This document shows, piece by piece, positions 13,101 through 25,997 of a stretch of 64,000 nt of DNA. A model generated the notes under the pieces. That model searched no databases. It saw nothing but the letters and a program-made list of their open reading frames with translations, and was not told the DNA's origin. The position numbers and the translations under genes are program-made. Origin of the DNA: Mobula hypostoma (Eukaryota); assembly GCF_963921235.1 (NCBI RefSeq), contig NC_086102.1, positions 34,782,001 through 34,846,000 on the forward strand. The letters run 5' to 3'. How positions within the stretch are numbered: the first letter of the stretch is position 1; every line of letters starts with the position of its first letter.

Positions 13101-13684
13101 ACAACATCTTCAATTCTGTATTCATCACCTTTTTCAATTTTGTGCCCCCTTTACATTGCAACTCATCCCGTTCACTTAAATTTTGCCCTATCATCAGGCT
13201 GTCCTTGCTCTGAGTCTCACTGCACACTGCCTGTTTGTAAACCATCTACCTCCTCCTCATTACTATCACTCTGGTTCCCATCTCCCTGCCAAATTAGTTT
13301 CAGTCCTCCTGAACAGCTCTAGCAAACCTGTCCGCAAGGATATTGGACCCCTTTGGTTCAGGTGTAACCCATCCCTTTTGCACAGGTCATACCCTTCTCA
13401 TAAATGATCCCAATGATCCAGAAATCTGAAGCCCTTCCCCTGCACCAGACATTAATCTGCAAAATCACCCTATTCTTACTCTCATTGGCATATGGCACAG
13501 GCGGCAATCCAGAGATTTTTCCCCAGAGGTGCTGCTTTTCTGCTTTCTACCTAGCTCCCTAAAATCTATCTTCAGGACCACAACTACCTATGTCATTATT
13601 CCCACAATATATTCCAAGAGTTCTGGCTGTTCACTCTCCCCCTTTAGAAGGTCATGGACCCAATCTGAGAGATCACTGACCCCA
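10111..13684 (-). mobile_element. Decayed CR1 LINE
   Basis: RT motifs LDFQKAFDKMPH, SGVPQGSALGP, FADNTKIGG; APE endonuclease fragments; esterase ORF1 remnant near 13300-13680. Confidence 0.9.
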
Positions 13685-14399
13685 GCATAAAAAGGCTCAA
13701 GAACACTGGAAAGAGAAGCAGATCTACTGCATAGGAGAGTGCTGGTTACTGATCACTGACAGGAGTATACAAGCTTATTGTGTATCTTGTATTACAATTA
13801 CAAATTAGACTTGGAGCAGCTTTCTTACTGGTCTATTTTTCTAGTACCACTTTTGAAATCCTGTGTAGTGATTGATTACTTCACAATAATGGCAACCATT
13901 CTAGTGATCTTCCAAAACCACTCTTTACAAGATGGGTTAATACACCAGATACTGGGAAATGCCAGCTAGTCAGACTTTCCTTCCAAAGATATGCAGTGCA
14001 GACAATAAGGTGCAAGGCCATGGAAAGATGGAGTCTTGATCTCGCAATGTACCGTCTTGGCCGTGTACCCTGTTGTCTGCCTGCACCATCTCTGTATCTG
14101 TATCACTATATCCTGAATTCCATTATTGTTTATCATTTATACTGCCTCAGTGTAGGGATATGATGGAATGGTCCAACTGGGTCTTAAAAAAACTGTACCT
14201 CTGAACGTGACAATAACAAGCCCATTTACTTGGTGCTCAATTTAATTTCTGGAGCCCAGTCTGGTGTCCTACAATTATTTTGCATTAGCATCAATATACT
14301 AACATTCAAGGTGGCATCATCTTCAAGGCATTTGTGGTTGGGTACTAAAGGCAGTCTGTGATATCTTTAAATGTAATTCAATTCAGGACTCAAGACAAC

Positions 14400-15767
14400 C
14401 GAAACGTACTGACACCAAAACAATTTTAATATAAAATTGGTCATCTTTGACAAATAAGAAAATAAGACAAATTAATTGAGATTTTACCTTTTTAATAATT
14501 ATGCATGAAAGCTTACAGCCAGACAAGACAAATTACAATTGAAAAAAAAAATCCTGATTGCACTTTTAAATAGTTTTTTCCCCTAATATATATTTCTGGA
14601 ATGCCAAGATCATTAGGAAAACAGCCATTTTTTCTGTGTTCTATATTACATGGAGGTCTTTTGCAAATTATTTTTAAAGTCACATGTACATACACAGTTT
14701 GATTAACAGTGACTGAATTAAGAAAATTATAGACATGCATAAAGTCATAAACATATAAACCTATTATATGCACATTTATTTACATCAATTACATTTCACG
14801 CATTTGCCCACCAAATGCCTCCTATTTGACAAAGAAAAGTAAACCAAATCTTGTTACCTGAGATTAGTATTTCTAGATTTACAACACTTTCCTTACAACT
14901 GAAATTGTGCAATTTCACATAAGAATATAACTATCTTGCGGAATTTCCAAATGCATTCAAGATAGACTTTATCCAAATAAATTCATCACAACTAGCATAT
15001 GTTCAGATGATGATCCTTTATTAATGATTTTATGGAAGTTAATAGTTGTGGAAGAATCATCAGAACTTAACTTGTCCAAACATTTCTTTAAATAATCCCA
15101 ACAGGCCTCAAGTCAAAATTAAATTTCAAATCTGGAAATCTACTTTCTACTTATTCAGAACAAGCACTGTGTTTATAAATACATCACCCTGTTCATTTCT
15201 AATTCTACTGAATCCTTGCAAAATATACAAGTTAAATGAGGTAAGTTCTTCACTTTCATGCTCAGTTTGTGTATCTGACCCATTCTTGCCTGAATAGTAT
15301 ACATGAAATTTGTTATGAAACATGTGCCCATTTTAAGAATTTCTATGTTTATGTGTTGCAATCTACAAAATTCTGATCTCCTGGATAAAATGCTGAAAAA
15401 GGACAGTTTCCACTGATTTTACCAATGCTTAAAATAAGGAAACGACGAAAAAAGCTTGCAATTGCAACTAAAATTGCTGGAAGCTCAAGCTTTACTGCAG
15501 AATGCTACTGGCACATCTCATAAATGTAAGCAGTTGAAAATATATTTTGGTTTTAGAACTCAGACTTTTCCTTTATTATTATCGTCACTTACCAACTTTG
15601 AATTCCTTCTCTGTGAGGAGTTCAATATACGTTTGTAAAAGTCTGCCAGTTACATAATGCTAACCTTTGTAGGATCAGGATATGATCAGGGAAAATGATT
15701 GAACATGAACAAGTTCCCACATTATCTAATGCACACAATCAGTTATCAGGATACGTTCCAAGTATTT
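14400..15767 (-). other. ZBTB11: ZBTB11 3' UTR with candidate poly(A) signals
   Basis: AT-rich stretch without obvious repeats after the stop; minus-strand AATAAA at 14775-14780 and ATTAAA at 14425-14430; true 3' end unknown. Confidence 0.5.
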
Positions 15768-16339
15768 TCAGTTTTCTTGCACATTTTCTTCAGCCTCTGC
15801 AATATGGGCGACCTCAACTTCCACAGTTTCACCAATTTCATTAAGTTTCTGTCCGTGCTGTTGAGATAGTACATAGTTAACCACCTGCATAATTCCATGA
15901 TCTGTTAGTGTGGGCAATGCTTCATCTTGGCTTTCCACAGCCACAGCTTCAACAGATTCCACTGAAGTCACTGCTTCAACGGCTTCAACCGCCTCGACAG
16001 CTTCTCCAGCCACTATGACAGTCTCAACTTCTTCACCAATTAAATCTGATTTGTCCAGTTCATCTTGCATATCAGCAGCTAAGATTCTGATGGCATGTTC
16101 TACTTGTGTTCCCTGATTATGGAACTGAAGTGTGTCTTTCTCTAACATTATTTTGCCAGGAACGTGCTCTTTATGAAACTTAGTCATATGTTTCCGCAAA
16201 CTACGAGCATCAATGTAGGCATCGTTACATATTGGGCAGACGTAAGGTCGTTCTCCTGTATGTGTTCGCACATGCCGTTTAAGTGAGCGTGCATCAGCCC
16301 AGGCTACTCCACAGGTCAAACATTCAAATGGCTTCACAC
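15768..16339 (-). CDS. ZBTB11: ZBTB11 coding exon 11 (last fingers, acidic tail, stop)
   Basis: GVKPFECLTCGVAWADARSLKRHVRTHTGERPYVCPIC...QEN-TGA; exon lengths sum to 3243 nt = 1080 aa plus stop. Confidence 0.95.
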
Positions 16340-16721
16340 CTGAATAAAAATAAAATCATAATAAAATTATTCAAGCAGCGGAGAACCAATATTATTCTTC
16401 AAATATTATGCTGATTTAGCTTTGTCCCTTTTCATGATGGCTGCAGCACCTTTAAATGTTGCTGACCAATTAACATGCAGCCCTCTCTACTAACTACAGC
16501 ATGTTTTTAATATATTCTATATTAGTTTAGTTTTATGTACAGGCAGTAGAGAAGGCAAAGCATAAAACTGAGAGCTAACTTCCCATTTTAAGACTACTTT
16601 TTACATTATTTGTCATCAATAATTTTTCTGCAAAGGTAGTAGGATTTCTGAATAGCATGGGAGTAATTATATTAATAGAATTTTAAAAGTTTCTTTTATC
16701 AAAATAACTTTAGTTTTACAG

Positions 16722-16840
16722 TAATACACACAAAATGCTGGAGGAATCAGCAAGTCAGGCAGCATCTATGGAGGGGAATAAACATTCGATACTTCAGGCC
16801 GAGAACCTTCACCAGTCCTAATGAAGGGTCTCGGCTAGAA
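16722..16840. mobile_element. Small decayed inverted PLE terminus pair
   Basis: Minus-strand terminus joined to a plus-strand CAGTCCTAATGAAGGGTCTCGG HHR remnant. Confidence 0.65.
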
Positions 16841-17330
16841 GACGAGAAATCCAGCACAAAAGAAATGGGAAAAAAAAGCTAAGAGAAAAACAAAATAATT
16901 TCTAGATACTAGCTGGAATTGCACTCCCCCATTTTTTTTTTTGCCTTGTACCTCTGGAGGGATTTTCAGTATCAATTTAAATTCCATCCACTTAATCCTA
17001 CTACTTCAGAAATGTAACTGCAACCCAGCAAAAAAACTTCCACTTCAGTTGAAGAAGGGAGTACAGGAAATTTGCTCCAGCAAGTTTAAGGAGAACATGG
17101 CAAACATTATCTAAATAGCAAAATGCCAAACCATTGCGAACTTTGAACAACAGGGCAAGCAGAGGATCAAAGCTTTACATAAGAGGTCATGTAAAGGGAA
17201 TATAGACAGTGGATTTATTTTGAAACTTCAGTTTTTTTCATAATTATCACAGCATTTCAATCCTGTCATGTTGTTAAAGTATGCGATAATAGAAAGGCAA
17301 GGTTTAAAGCCAATAATGACTTCAGTTTAC

Positions 17331-17506
17331 CTTGATGATTATTCATGTGCCTCCGGTATTCTCTAAGTTGTGAAAATTTCTTCCCACAGTGTTCACAAGT
17401 ACGATCCAGCATCTGCTTAGCTCTGCCTTTCTTGCCATGTGTGGCTTTTTTGACATGTCGCCTAAAAAGAGCTTTTTCGAAGAATTCTTTTCCACAAACA
17501 TTACAT
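17331..17506 (-). CDS. ZBTB11: ZBTB11 coding exon 10 (C2H2 fingers)
   Basis: CNVCGKEFFEKALFRRHVKKATHG...CEHCGKKFSQLREYRRHMNNHQ; TTCAG| and G|GTAAA; 176 nt. Confidence 0.94.
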
Positions 17507-17911
17507 CTGAAAGTAGAAAATATCAACATGGGACTTCCATATGTTTCTTAAAAGTCTCAGCTGATTATTTTTCCACGAGTGGAATTCAGACCTCAACAAG
17601 CCAGAGGAATTATGGCAACGAATAGACAACTCTAATCAGAATTAAGTTTAGTTACTTGGCTTTCTAGTAGACACAAAGTATAAAGGTATCTATAAATTAA
17701 TAAGCAATTTCTCAGGTACAAGTTTCTAATTTGGAATCATGATCTCCTGGCAGACTGACAAGCAGACATCAGTTTTCAACTGCACTGAGGGAACAAGGAG
17801 CCCAATCCTGGAAACACAAATCTGGATGCACAAATTACCAATGCAAACCAGAGGTGATAAAAGGATGAGCTGTTTATATCACAGGTTGTACAATTTCTAG
17901 ATCTCAAATTA

Positions 17912-18815
17912 GTCATAGAGTTATAAAGCACAGAAACAGGTCCCATAGCCCACTACGTCTATGCTTATCTATACCAATCCACCTGCCTGAATTAATTCTG
18001 TATTTGTCTATGCCTTGCCCATTCAACTACCTGTTCAAATGCCTCTTAAATGTTGTTACTGTCCTTGCCTCCACCATCTCCTATAGCAGCTCATTCCAGA
18101 CAGCAATGATTTTTTCACCAATTTATCCAACCTCTCCTTGTAACTCAGGTCCTCCAATCCAGATAACATCCTTGAGAATCTTTTCTGCACTCTCTCTAGC
18201 TTAATCACATCTTTACTGTAGTGGTAGTGTGGCAACCAGAACTGCACACTGAACACCATGTGTGTTGTAACCAAAGCTTTGTCAACTTTAATTATACATC
18301 ACAACTCTTGTACTCGATACCTCAGCAAATGAAAGCAAAGATGTCAGATGCTTCCCTCAAGTCTATCCGTGCTGCCACTTTCTGGGAAACATAGAAATCT
18401 ACAGCACATTACAGGTCTTTTGGCCCACAATATTGTGTCAACCACGTAACCTACTCTAGAAGCTGCCTAGAATTTCCCTACCACATAGCCCTCTATTTTC
18501 CTAAGCTCCATGTACCTATCTAAGAGTCTCTTAAAAGACCCTATTGTATCCCCCTCTACCACCGTCACTGGCTGTGCATTCCACGCACCCATCACTCTGT
18601 GTGGAAAAACTGACACCCCCCTGACACTTCCAAGCATCTTAAAACTATGCCCCCCCGTGTAAACTACTGCAGCCCTGGGAAAAAGCCTCTGGCTATCCAC
18701 ATGATCAATGCCTCTCATCATCTTATACACCTAGGAAATATATACCTGTACCCCTAGCTCTCTTTGTTCAACACTATTGCCCAGGGCAACACCATTTACT
18801 ATGTATGTCCTTATT
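17912..18815 (-). mobile_element. Nested CR1 3' fragments
   Basis: VQFWLPHY..KDVIKLERVQKRFSRML and YKMMRGIDHVDSQRLFP. Confidence 0.8.
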
Positions 18816-18825
18816 TGACTTCTCA

Positions 18826-19250
18826 TATGAGGGGTGATTGATAACTTTGTAGCGTACGGTAGAAGGAGTCAATTTTAGAAAACCCAGCACATTTATTTTT
18901 CAGTATAGTCCCCTCCTACATGTACACACTTAGTCCAGCAGTCGTGGAGCATACAGATCCCTTCTTTGTAGAAGTGGTCCACAGCAAGGGTGATTGATTA
19001 AGTTAGTGGCCTAAGGTAAAAGGAGATGAGTTATTAACTTCAAACTTTCTGCATTATCACTGAAAGAGTTGAACTGCATGTGCGTGTATCGAGCAGGTCT
19101 TGGACCTCCAGGGGGTCCACAGCAGGGGTGAATGATAAGTTCGTGGCCTAAGGTAGAAGGAGATGAGTTATACAGCTCTCGTTACATGCACGTGCAGGTC
19201 AACTCTGAGTGAAAATGCAGAAAGTTTGAAGTTAATAACTTACCTCCTTC
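18826..19250. mobile_element. Mariner-like MITE with internal terminal-repeat copies
   Basis: Starts TA-TGAGGGGTGATTGATAA; the unit AGGGGTGATTGATAAGTTCGTGGCCTAAGGTAGAAGGAG recurs about 3 times; internal inverted segment. Confidence 0.55.
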
Positions 19251-19715
19251 ACCAGCACTTGCATCAGATTTACACTTTGGAGGCATGGTTACAAGGGTAA
19301 AGAAGAGAAAAATTTAAGCCAAATACAGAGCTACACACACACACACAACAGTGTTAACGGCAATGTGATCCGACTTAAAATGGCGGATGGTGTTCTCCTT
19401 CCTCGAGCCAATGAATTGCTGAAGCCGCGCAATGTTTTCATGAGCATCAAAGTAGTGCGTGTGTTCATTATTACGGACCATTGTATTTAACTCAAATTTT
19501 TAATATAACAGGCTTTATGGCAGTCCGTTCATAAGTACGAGTTGTCTGTAAGTTGGACGTTCTTAACCCGGGGACTTACTGTAAACACATCTGATCTTGC
19601 ATTCTTTAAAGTTTTCATTTAATATTCAAACCATTACGTACATTGATGTAATATAAATAACATTCCTACAACCGAATTGCTATAACTTTTGTAACATACA
19701 CTGCACTGTACTCAC

Positions 19716-19874
19716 TTGTATGGCTCAGTAACAGAATGTGCTTTTACATGAGAATACCAGTCCTTCTTCCAGCTGTAGCACTTCCCACAGATCTGGCACT
19801 GAAATGGTTTAACACCAAGATGCTTGTACATGTGTTGCTGCAGGTCACGTGCTTCGTAAAAACTTCGTTCACAT
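19716..19874 (-). CDS. ZBTB11: ZBTB11 coding exon 9 (C2H2 fingers)
   Basis: CERSFYEARDLQQHMYKHLGVKPFQCQICGKCYSWKKDWYSHVKAHSVTEPY; TGTAG| and |GTGAG; 159 nt. Confidence 0.94.
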
Positions 19875-20139
19875 CTACAAAAATGAAGGTATCCTCTCAA
19901 AGAAAAAGTTTTCATTTCAACTATAATGAATCTTCCAATAGGTTTGCAGTATCATGATAAATTAGCAATACAAAACTTAAACAGTAAGTGTAAAAATGAA
20001 GCCAGGAATCTAAAATTAAATGGCACAATAGAGGATCTTAATATTGAATAATCCAAACATATCAGTTCTGAACTACATTAACACAAAACCATAAATGTAA
20101 TAATCTCCATCCATTTTTCTACCTTGTGCCCATTCACTC

Positions 20140-21670
20140 TGACATAAAACAGAACAGTACAACATAGGAATAAGCCCCTCAGCCCACAATGCCTGTACCA
20201 ATTATAATGACCATACATGGTCTATATCTCATGCCTGTTCATGTGCAGGTATAAATGTCCTTTAAAAGTTGCTATCATATCTGCATCCACAATCTCCCTT
20301 GCAGTGCCTACCAGGCACCTCCCAGTCTGCAAAAATACTTAGCTCACAAATCTCCTTTAAACTTACCCCCTTCCCCCTTAAGTTATGCCTTCAAGTATTT
20401 CACATTTTCATCTGGATAAAGGCTATCTACCCTATCTACAGTCTCTCATAATTTTATATACATCTACCACATTGCCCTACAGCTTCCAACATTCCAGAGA
20501 AAATAACCTAGACTTGTCAATGTTGCCTCTATTCCAAGCAATATCCTATGGAACTATTCTGCACCCTCTCCAAAGCTGCAACATTCTTCCGATAAAGCAG
20601 CAAGTAGAACTTCACAAGAATAGTCGCCTCACCATAGCTTTATACAGCTACCACGAGTTTCCAACTTTTATACACAATGCCCTGATCAATGAAACCACAC
20701 AAATCGTGAGCCACAAGGTCCCTCTGTACGTCAAATCTCCTAAGGGTGTCTTTTATTATATACTTCCCTCTTACATTTGAACTCCCAAATTGCACCATTT
20801 CATACTTGTCTAGATGAAACTCCACCTGCCATTTCTCCGTCCATATTTGCAAATGATGTATGTGCGACTATCCATTGACAACGGTCCTTACTATTTACAA
20901 CTCCAATTCATTTGCCTTCTACAAACTCATTAATCAGCTTACCTAAATTTTCGCCCAGATCTCATCTCATAAATGACAATGGTCCCATCACTAATTCCTG
21001 TCAAAACCACTGGCCACAGATCTCCAGTTAGGATACACCCTTTGTTTTCTATAGCCAATTCCAATTTTTAAATTAACCCACCAAGTCACAATGGATCCCA
21101 TATGCCGTCTATGTAGAGAACTTCCATCGTCCTGCCCTCAATCAATTCATTTTTGCATCACTTAATAAAACTCAATTAGGAATGTGAGGCATGACCTCCC
21201 CACACAAAACCATGCTGACTATTTCCAACATGCCCTTGCTTTTCCAGATACGAGTAAGTCCTGTCCAGTAGGTTTCCTATCACTGATGTCAAGGTAGGGA
21301 ACTTATTTGAGAAGATTCTTAGGGATAAATTCCAGAATTATTCATATTTCCCTTCTAAAACAAGACTGGCTGTAGGACCTTGCCTGTACCTGCAGAAGAT
21401 GCAAATATCTGTGTCAAAGACACAGAGATATCCTCACACAATGCTCAGGAATAGATCTCACCAGGCCCTGGGTACTACTTCAAAAGACTGAACACCACAT
21501 CATCCCTCCCAAACATGTCCTAGAACAACATAACCATCCCTGATCTTATTATCATCCGCATTCATCTTCTCCTTGGTGAATACACACATGAAGTAGTATT
21601 AAATATCTCACCCATTTACCCTAGTTCTAGACACAAATTCCCTCCTTTGTCCTGGAGTGGTCCTACCCTC
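20140..21670 (-). mobile_element. Old CR1 fragment
   Basis: WTEKWQVEFHLDKYEMVQFG and further decayed RT sequence. Confidence 0.75.
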
Positions 21671-22203
21671 GTTTTCAACATAAATATAAAACGACAGATT
21701 CTTCGATTCTGCTTCACATATAGTAATGTAATGGAATAGAAACTAATCCTTTACAGAATCCATTTATTTTTATTATGTGAAAATCAATTTTATAAAAAAG
21801 CCAGCTCTATAAAAGTATATAATAGCTCTTCTTAATTATTCCAACTTTAAAGATGAAGAATTTGTCAGAGAACATAAAGTGACTTCAGGGAATCACAACC
21901 TCATAGAGCATATATGTTGAAAGTAGTCAAGGTGATAAATCGTATCAGAAATTCCCTATGTCAAGCAAATATTAACCTGGATTTTTGTTTTTGTTATCAG
22001 TTTTTTTTAAAAAGAAAGATAAATATTTTATAATGATTCTGAATGGCAAGGACATTAAAGAGTCTGAGTTATTTCCAGTTCCTATTTTTTTGTCTCCCTG
22101 TCAATGTGCAACCCAAGTATATACACCATTTTCAAACCTAGTTTTCATTGCCATGTAAATCCTATAAAAGACCATTTGTAAATGAATCATTCCACTAACT
22201 TAC

Positions 22204-22321
22204 TGGGTACATTGAAAGCTTCTGATTTCAGGTTTCGGCAAATGTCTTTTTAAATGTTTGCTGAGACCGGAGGCACGTTTGAAACATTTTCCACAAGTTG
22301 GACAGAGGTACTTGGATTCAC
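22204..22321 (-). CDS. ZBTB11: ZBTB11 coding exon 8 (C2H2 finger)
   Basis: GESKYLCPTCGKCFKRASGLSKHLKRHLPKPEIRSFQCT; TTCAG| and |GTAAGT; 118 nt. Confidence 0.93.
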
Positions 22322-24006
22322 CTGAAATGTCAAGCAAAACTTAATATCACTTAAGCACAATATTGAAACAGAATATGAAATGGGGATCAAAATACAAATC
22401 AAATGTCGATATAACTGTAGTAGTTGTTTCCCAGTTTATGAAAACAATTAAGGAGAATGAAAACGATAGGCAAGACTAATTAACTTTTGTTCAAGAGTAT
22501 TCTGTCCTTTTATTCATTGATTAGAGTCTTACGAAGAAACCAAACTCCTTCACATAGTTAACCAGAAATTCATACAGAAGCCAGGGAAGGAGAGCCACAG
22601 ATGAACACAAGTAGGCTCTTAAGGCCACCTAGTCCACACTGACCATTAACCACACATTTACACCAATCCTACATTAATCCATTTTTATTCTCCCCATTTT
22701 CTCATCTACAGCCCACAGATTCTACACTTACCTATACACTAGGGACAATTTACTGTGGCCAGTTAACTTACCAATGTGCAAGTCTTTAGGAAACCCGTGC
22801 ATTCACATGGAGAACCAGTAAAGCTCCATTCAGACAGGAGCCAAGTCAGGATTGTACCTGTTCTCTGGCACTGTTGAGCAGCAGCTCTACCAAATGTACC
22901 ACAGGGCCTCATGGTGGTGGTGGGGGGGGGGGGGGTGGTGTAGAAAGAGTTAGGGAGGCAAATGATATTCAATGAACAGACATAGTTAATCTTAGCAACA
23001 CAGAGAAAATTAAGTAAAAAGTTTATACTGTGGGTGCACCCAATCCAGTGCAACCTGAGACAACTGCTGTGGAAAGGACATGGTAAGAGAATAGAGTTTA
23101 GAACACATTTTCAATTTTGAAAGTATCTACAATGCAGCAAAATATTCTCATACCACTTCACAAGGTTGTCAGACGTTTGCTGAGGAGACGTTAGACAGCT
23201 AAGAATTGTGGACCTGAAAAGTACATAGACATGAAAAGAGCTGAAGTAAGGATGAAAATTTAAAATCCAGACATTGCTCGATCTGGAAGCAAGAGGCAAA
23301 CTGGAATTGCAGGAGATTTAAATGTTTGCTGGTTTATAGAGAAAAGAATAAGGAAAGGTTTGGAATAGTGAAGTGTAGTGGTAACAAGGCTATGGAAGAG
23401 AATGCAAGTATTCAGATGAGTCCAGAGGCACACTGTGGGGCAAGGAGGTGAGATAGGAGGTCTGAAGTTCAGCTCAGGATAACATATGAAAAGTCACTGA
23501 GCCACAAAGGCACAGAAACAGTCCCTTTGGCCATGCCAACTACCAAGTACTAGTCTATCTGAATTCCATTTACCAGCCCTTGCTCAATGGTCTTCTGTTC
23601 CTGGCCAATTCAAGTGATTGACTAGATGCTTAAATATTGTGAGAGCACCCATTTTAACCACCTTCATAGGCAGTGCTTTCCTGTTTCCAATCATTCTTGT
23701 GGTGAGAATTTCCTCATCATTTCTTGTCTAAACATCTCCCCCGGAACTTAAATCTGATAGGGAGAAATATTTCATTTATCTGGCCTGTCCAAGCCTCTCT
23801 GTTTTGTACACCTCAATCAGGCCCCCCAAGCACACACCTCCCTGCCCACCTGAGCATAATTCTAGCTAATAAGATATAACACCACCAAAACAAATGAAGC
23901 AAGGAGAGATATCATAATCATCGAAACCTTTCTGGAGAAAGTACACTGAGAACTCATACATTTTCTGCAAACTAGCACGATGGATTCTAACATTTTGTTC
24001 CCTTAC

Positions 24007-24151
24007 CTGTGTGAACACTACTGTGCTCCTGAAGACTGCGCTTTGTAGCAAATGATTTTTCACATATTTCACAGCTAAATTCCCTTTTACCTTCATGGTG
24101 AGCCATGTGTAGTCTTAGACTGTGTTTATAGCCAAAAGTCTTCCCACATAT
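24007..24151 (-). CDS. ZBTB11: ZBTB11 coding exon 7 (C2H2 fingers)
   Basis: ICGKTFGYKHSLRLHMAHHEGKREFSCEICEKSFATKRSLQEHSSVHT; ATTAG| and G|GTAAG; 145 nt. Confidence 0.93.
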
Positions 24152-24853
24152 CTAATGAACAGTGAAAGTTAAATTATTATAACATTTTTTGTTGCCTGAT
24201 CAACAACCTAAAATTATCCATTCCCATCCTGAAACGTCAATCCCCTTCAGGATTTCGACATTAAAGCACTGTCTACCTTCTCATTTGTTGTTCAACCAGC
24301 TGTTATTAGCAATCAAATCTGATCCTGTCCTTAACCACTGTTCACACTTGTAGAAGTGACTAATGTACAAGTAAGAGGATATCATGGTGTTTTCTTTCTT
24401 TGCGCAGTGGTGCTGTTTCCCCCTGCATTACAACTATCAGTTTCTGTAGCTGACACCATATCAAAATGAGACCCTGAACATTTCTTTCTTAAATTTGAAG
24501 ATGACAGTTCCATAATACCTGATTAGTTATTAATTTCTAGAAACTTAGCAATTATAATAGGAATTTATGATCTAAAAGTATATCATTCAAAGAGAGAAAT
24601 AATATCAAAATAATAGACATGCAATTAGAAAGTTTGCAGAAGTATGCTGCATGTGACTTTTTTCTTTAGCTATTCCAATTAAAAGCACCTTAATTCTCCA
24701 AGATTGTCAAATTTAGATGTCATTTCAAAACTTGCTATTATAATATTAAATCTCTGGAGACTCATAGCACTTTTAACAAAGAAAACACTCTGTTCCAGTA
24801 GTAGCCACTATTAAAAGGTTCTTCTTAAAATGCAGATAAAAATAAATTCTCAC

Positions 24854-25060
24854 CTTGCACACATGTGGCTTGACACCCGTGTGCTTAAGCATATGAAGTC
24901 GCAGGTTATAAGGCTTTGGCAATGTTTTTCCACAGATGTCACAGATGAACTGCCGCTTCGTTCTACCCGCAAGACTCTCATCTATTTGCTCAGTGGTCCT
25001 CCTGTGGCGCAGAAGATGTGAAAGCAGGGAAGCTTTGTAGAGGAACTCCTTCTCACAGAG
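24854..25060 (-). CDS. ZBTB11: ZBTB11 coding exon 6 (C2H2 fingers)
   Basis: Not in ORF track; hand translation LCEKEFLYKASLLSHLLRH...FICDICGKTLPKPYNLRLHMLKHTGVKPHVCK; TTTAG| and |GTGAG; 207 nt. Confidence 0.93.
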
Positions 25061-25494
25061 CTAAAGCAACAGGAAATGAATCTGATATTTTGCTCATAGT
25101 AAAGATGTTAGAATAGAATATGTTTCACTATTTGCATTAATTCTACTGTCCATTTGTTTTTTTTTCAACAGAAGCCCAGCACCATCTTGATAGAAAGCGT
25201 ACGTAGACAGCCTTTATTTTTAAAATACAGAAAGTGTGTGCTGGTACTTCACAGGAAGGCATTATAGAGAGACCTAATCACTGACCTTCAGACAAGAACA
25301 ATGGAGCTAATTCAGCATAGACCATTCCATCTGAATGGATCAATACTGTATCGTATAATTGATGTATCTGTTAAGTTATAATTGAACACAGACCATGAAA
25401 ATACAGACAATGGCAAGTGCTCTCAATCTGTAAAAATTGCAACTTGCTCCACAAATCTAAAATTCTTCCTATCAAAAGCATAATACTGATACAT

Positions 25495-25771
25495 GCAACA
25501 CACACAAAATGCTGGCGGAATGCAGCAGACCAGGCAGCATCTATAGGAAGAAGTACAGTCGATGTTTCGGGCCGAGACCCTACGTCAGGACTAACTGAAA
25601 GAAGAGATGGTAAGAGACTTGAAAGTGGGAGGGGGAAAGAGATCTGAAATGATAGGAGAAGACAGGAAGAGGAGGGATGAAGCTAAGAGCTGGAAAGTTG
25701 ATTGGCAAAAGGGATACAGAGCTGGAGAAGGGGGAGGATCATGGGACGGGAGGCCTAGGGAGAAAGAAAGG
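25495..25771 (-). mobile_element. PLE terminus in ZBTB11 intron 5 with core-mutated HHR (25556-25593)
   Basis: TAGTC-CTGACGT-AGGGTCTCGGCCC-GAAA-CA-TC-GACTG; flanking GATACAT direct repeat. Confidence 0.85.
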
Positions 25772-25820
25772 GATACATTTTACAGGAAGAAGTTATTTTT
25801 CAATTTCTCAGAATTCTTAC

Positions 25821-25997
25821 TGGACATTTAAATTCCTTGATTCTGTTGTGGGTCATCATGTGCATCATCAAGGTGTAACGCTTGGGGAAAGCCTTTCCAC
25901 ATTCATTACATTTATGCTCCGCCTCTGCATCATCTCCTTCAATGGTGGTTCGTTTTGGTTGCATCTTTCTACCTCTCTTCACCAGTTTCTGGGCAAC
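25821..25997 (-). CDS. ZBTB11: ZBTB11 coding exon 5 (C2H2 finger)
   Basis: CCACAG|GTT; VAQKLVKRG...HKCNECGKAFPKRYTLMMHMMTH...KCP; donor GTAAG; 177 nt. Confidence 0.93.

Larger units (their letters stand above)
6500..13708 (+). mobile_element. Decayed hAT (Charlie/Buster, ZBED5-like) transposon split by nested insertions
   Basis: MKPAKLKEHLTSVHPE (about 6702), KKPHTIG, EV(H)WLSRG across 8764/9096, LIPFATTYL..SGFS (about 9696); terminus GGGGTCC at 10110 resumes as GCATAAAAAGG...AAGAACACTG at 13685-13708; 5' end not located. Confidence 0.8.

Noticed and set aside
15940-16005. (EAV)n repeat in the ZBTB11 C-terminus
   Set aside because: Low-complexity in-frame expansion in an acidic tail; no evidence of a separate function
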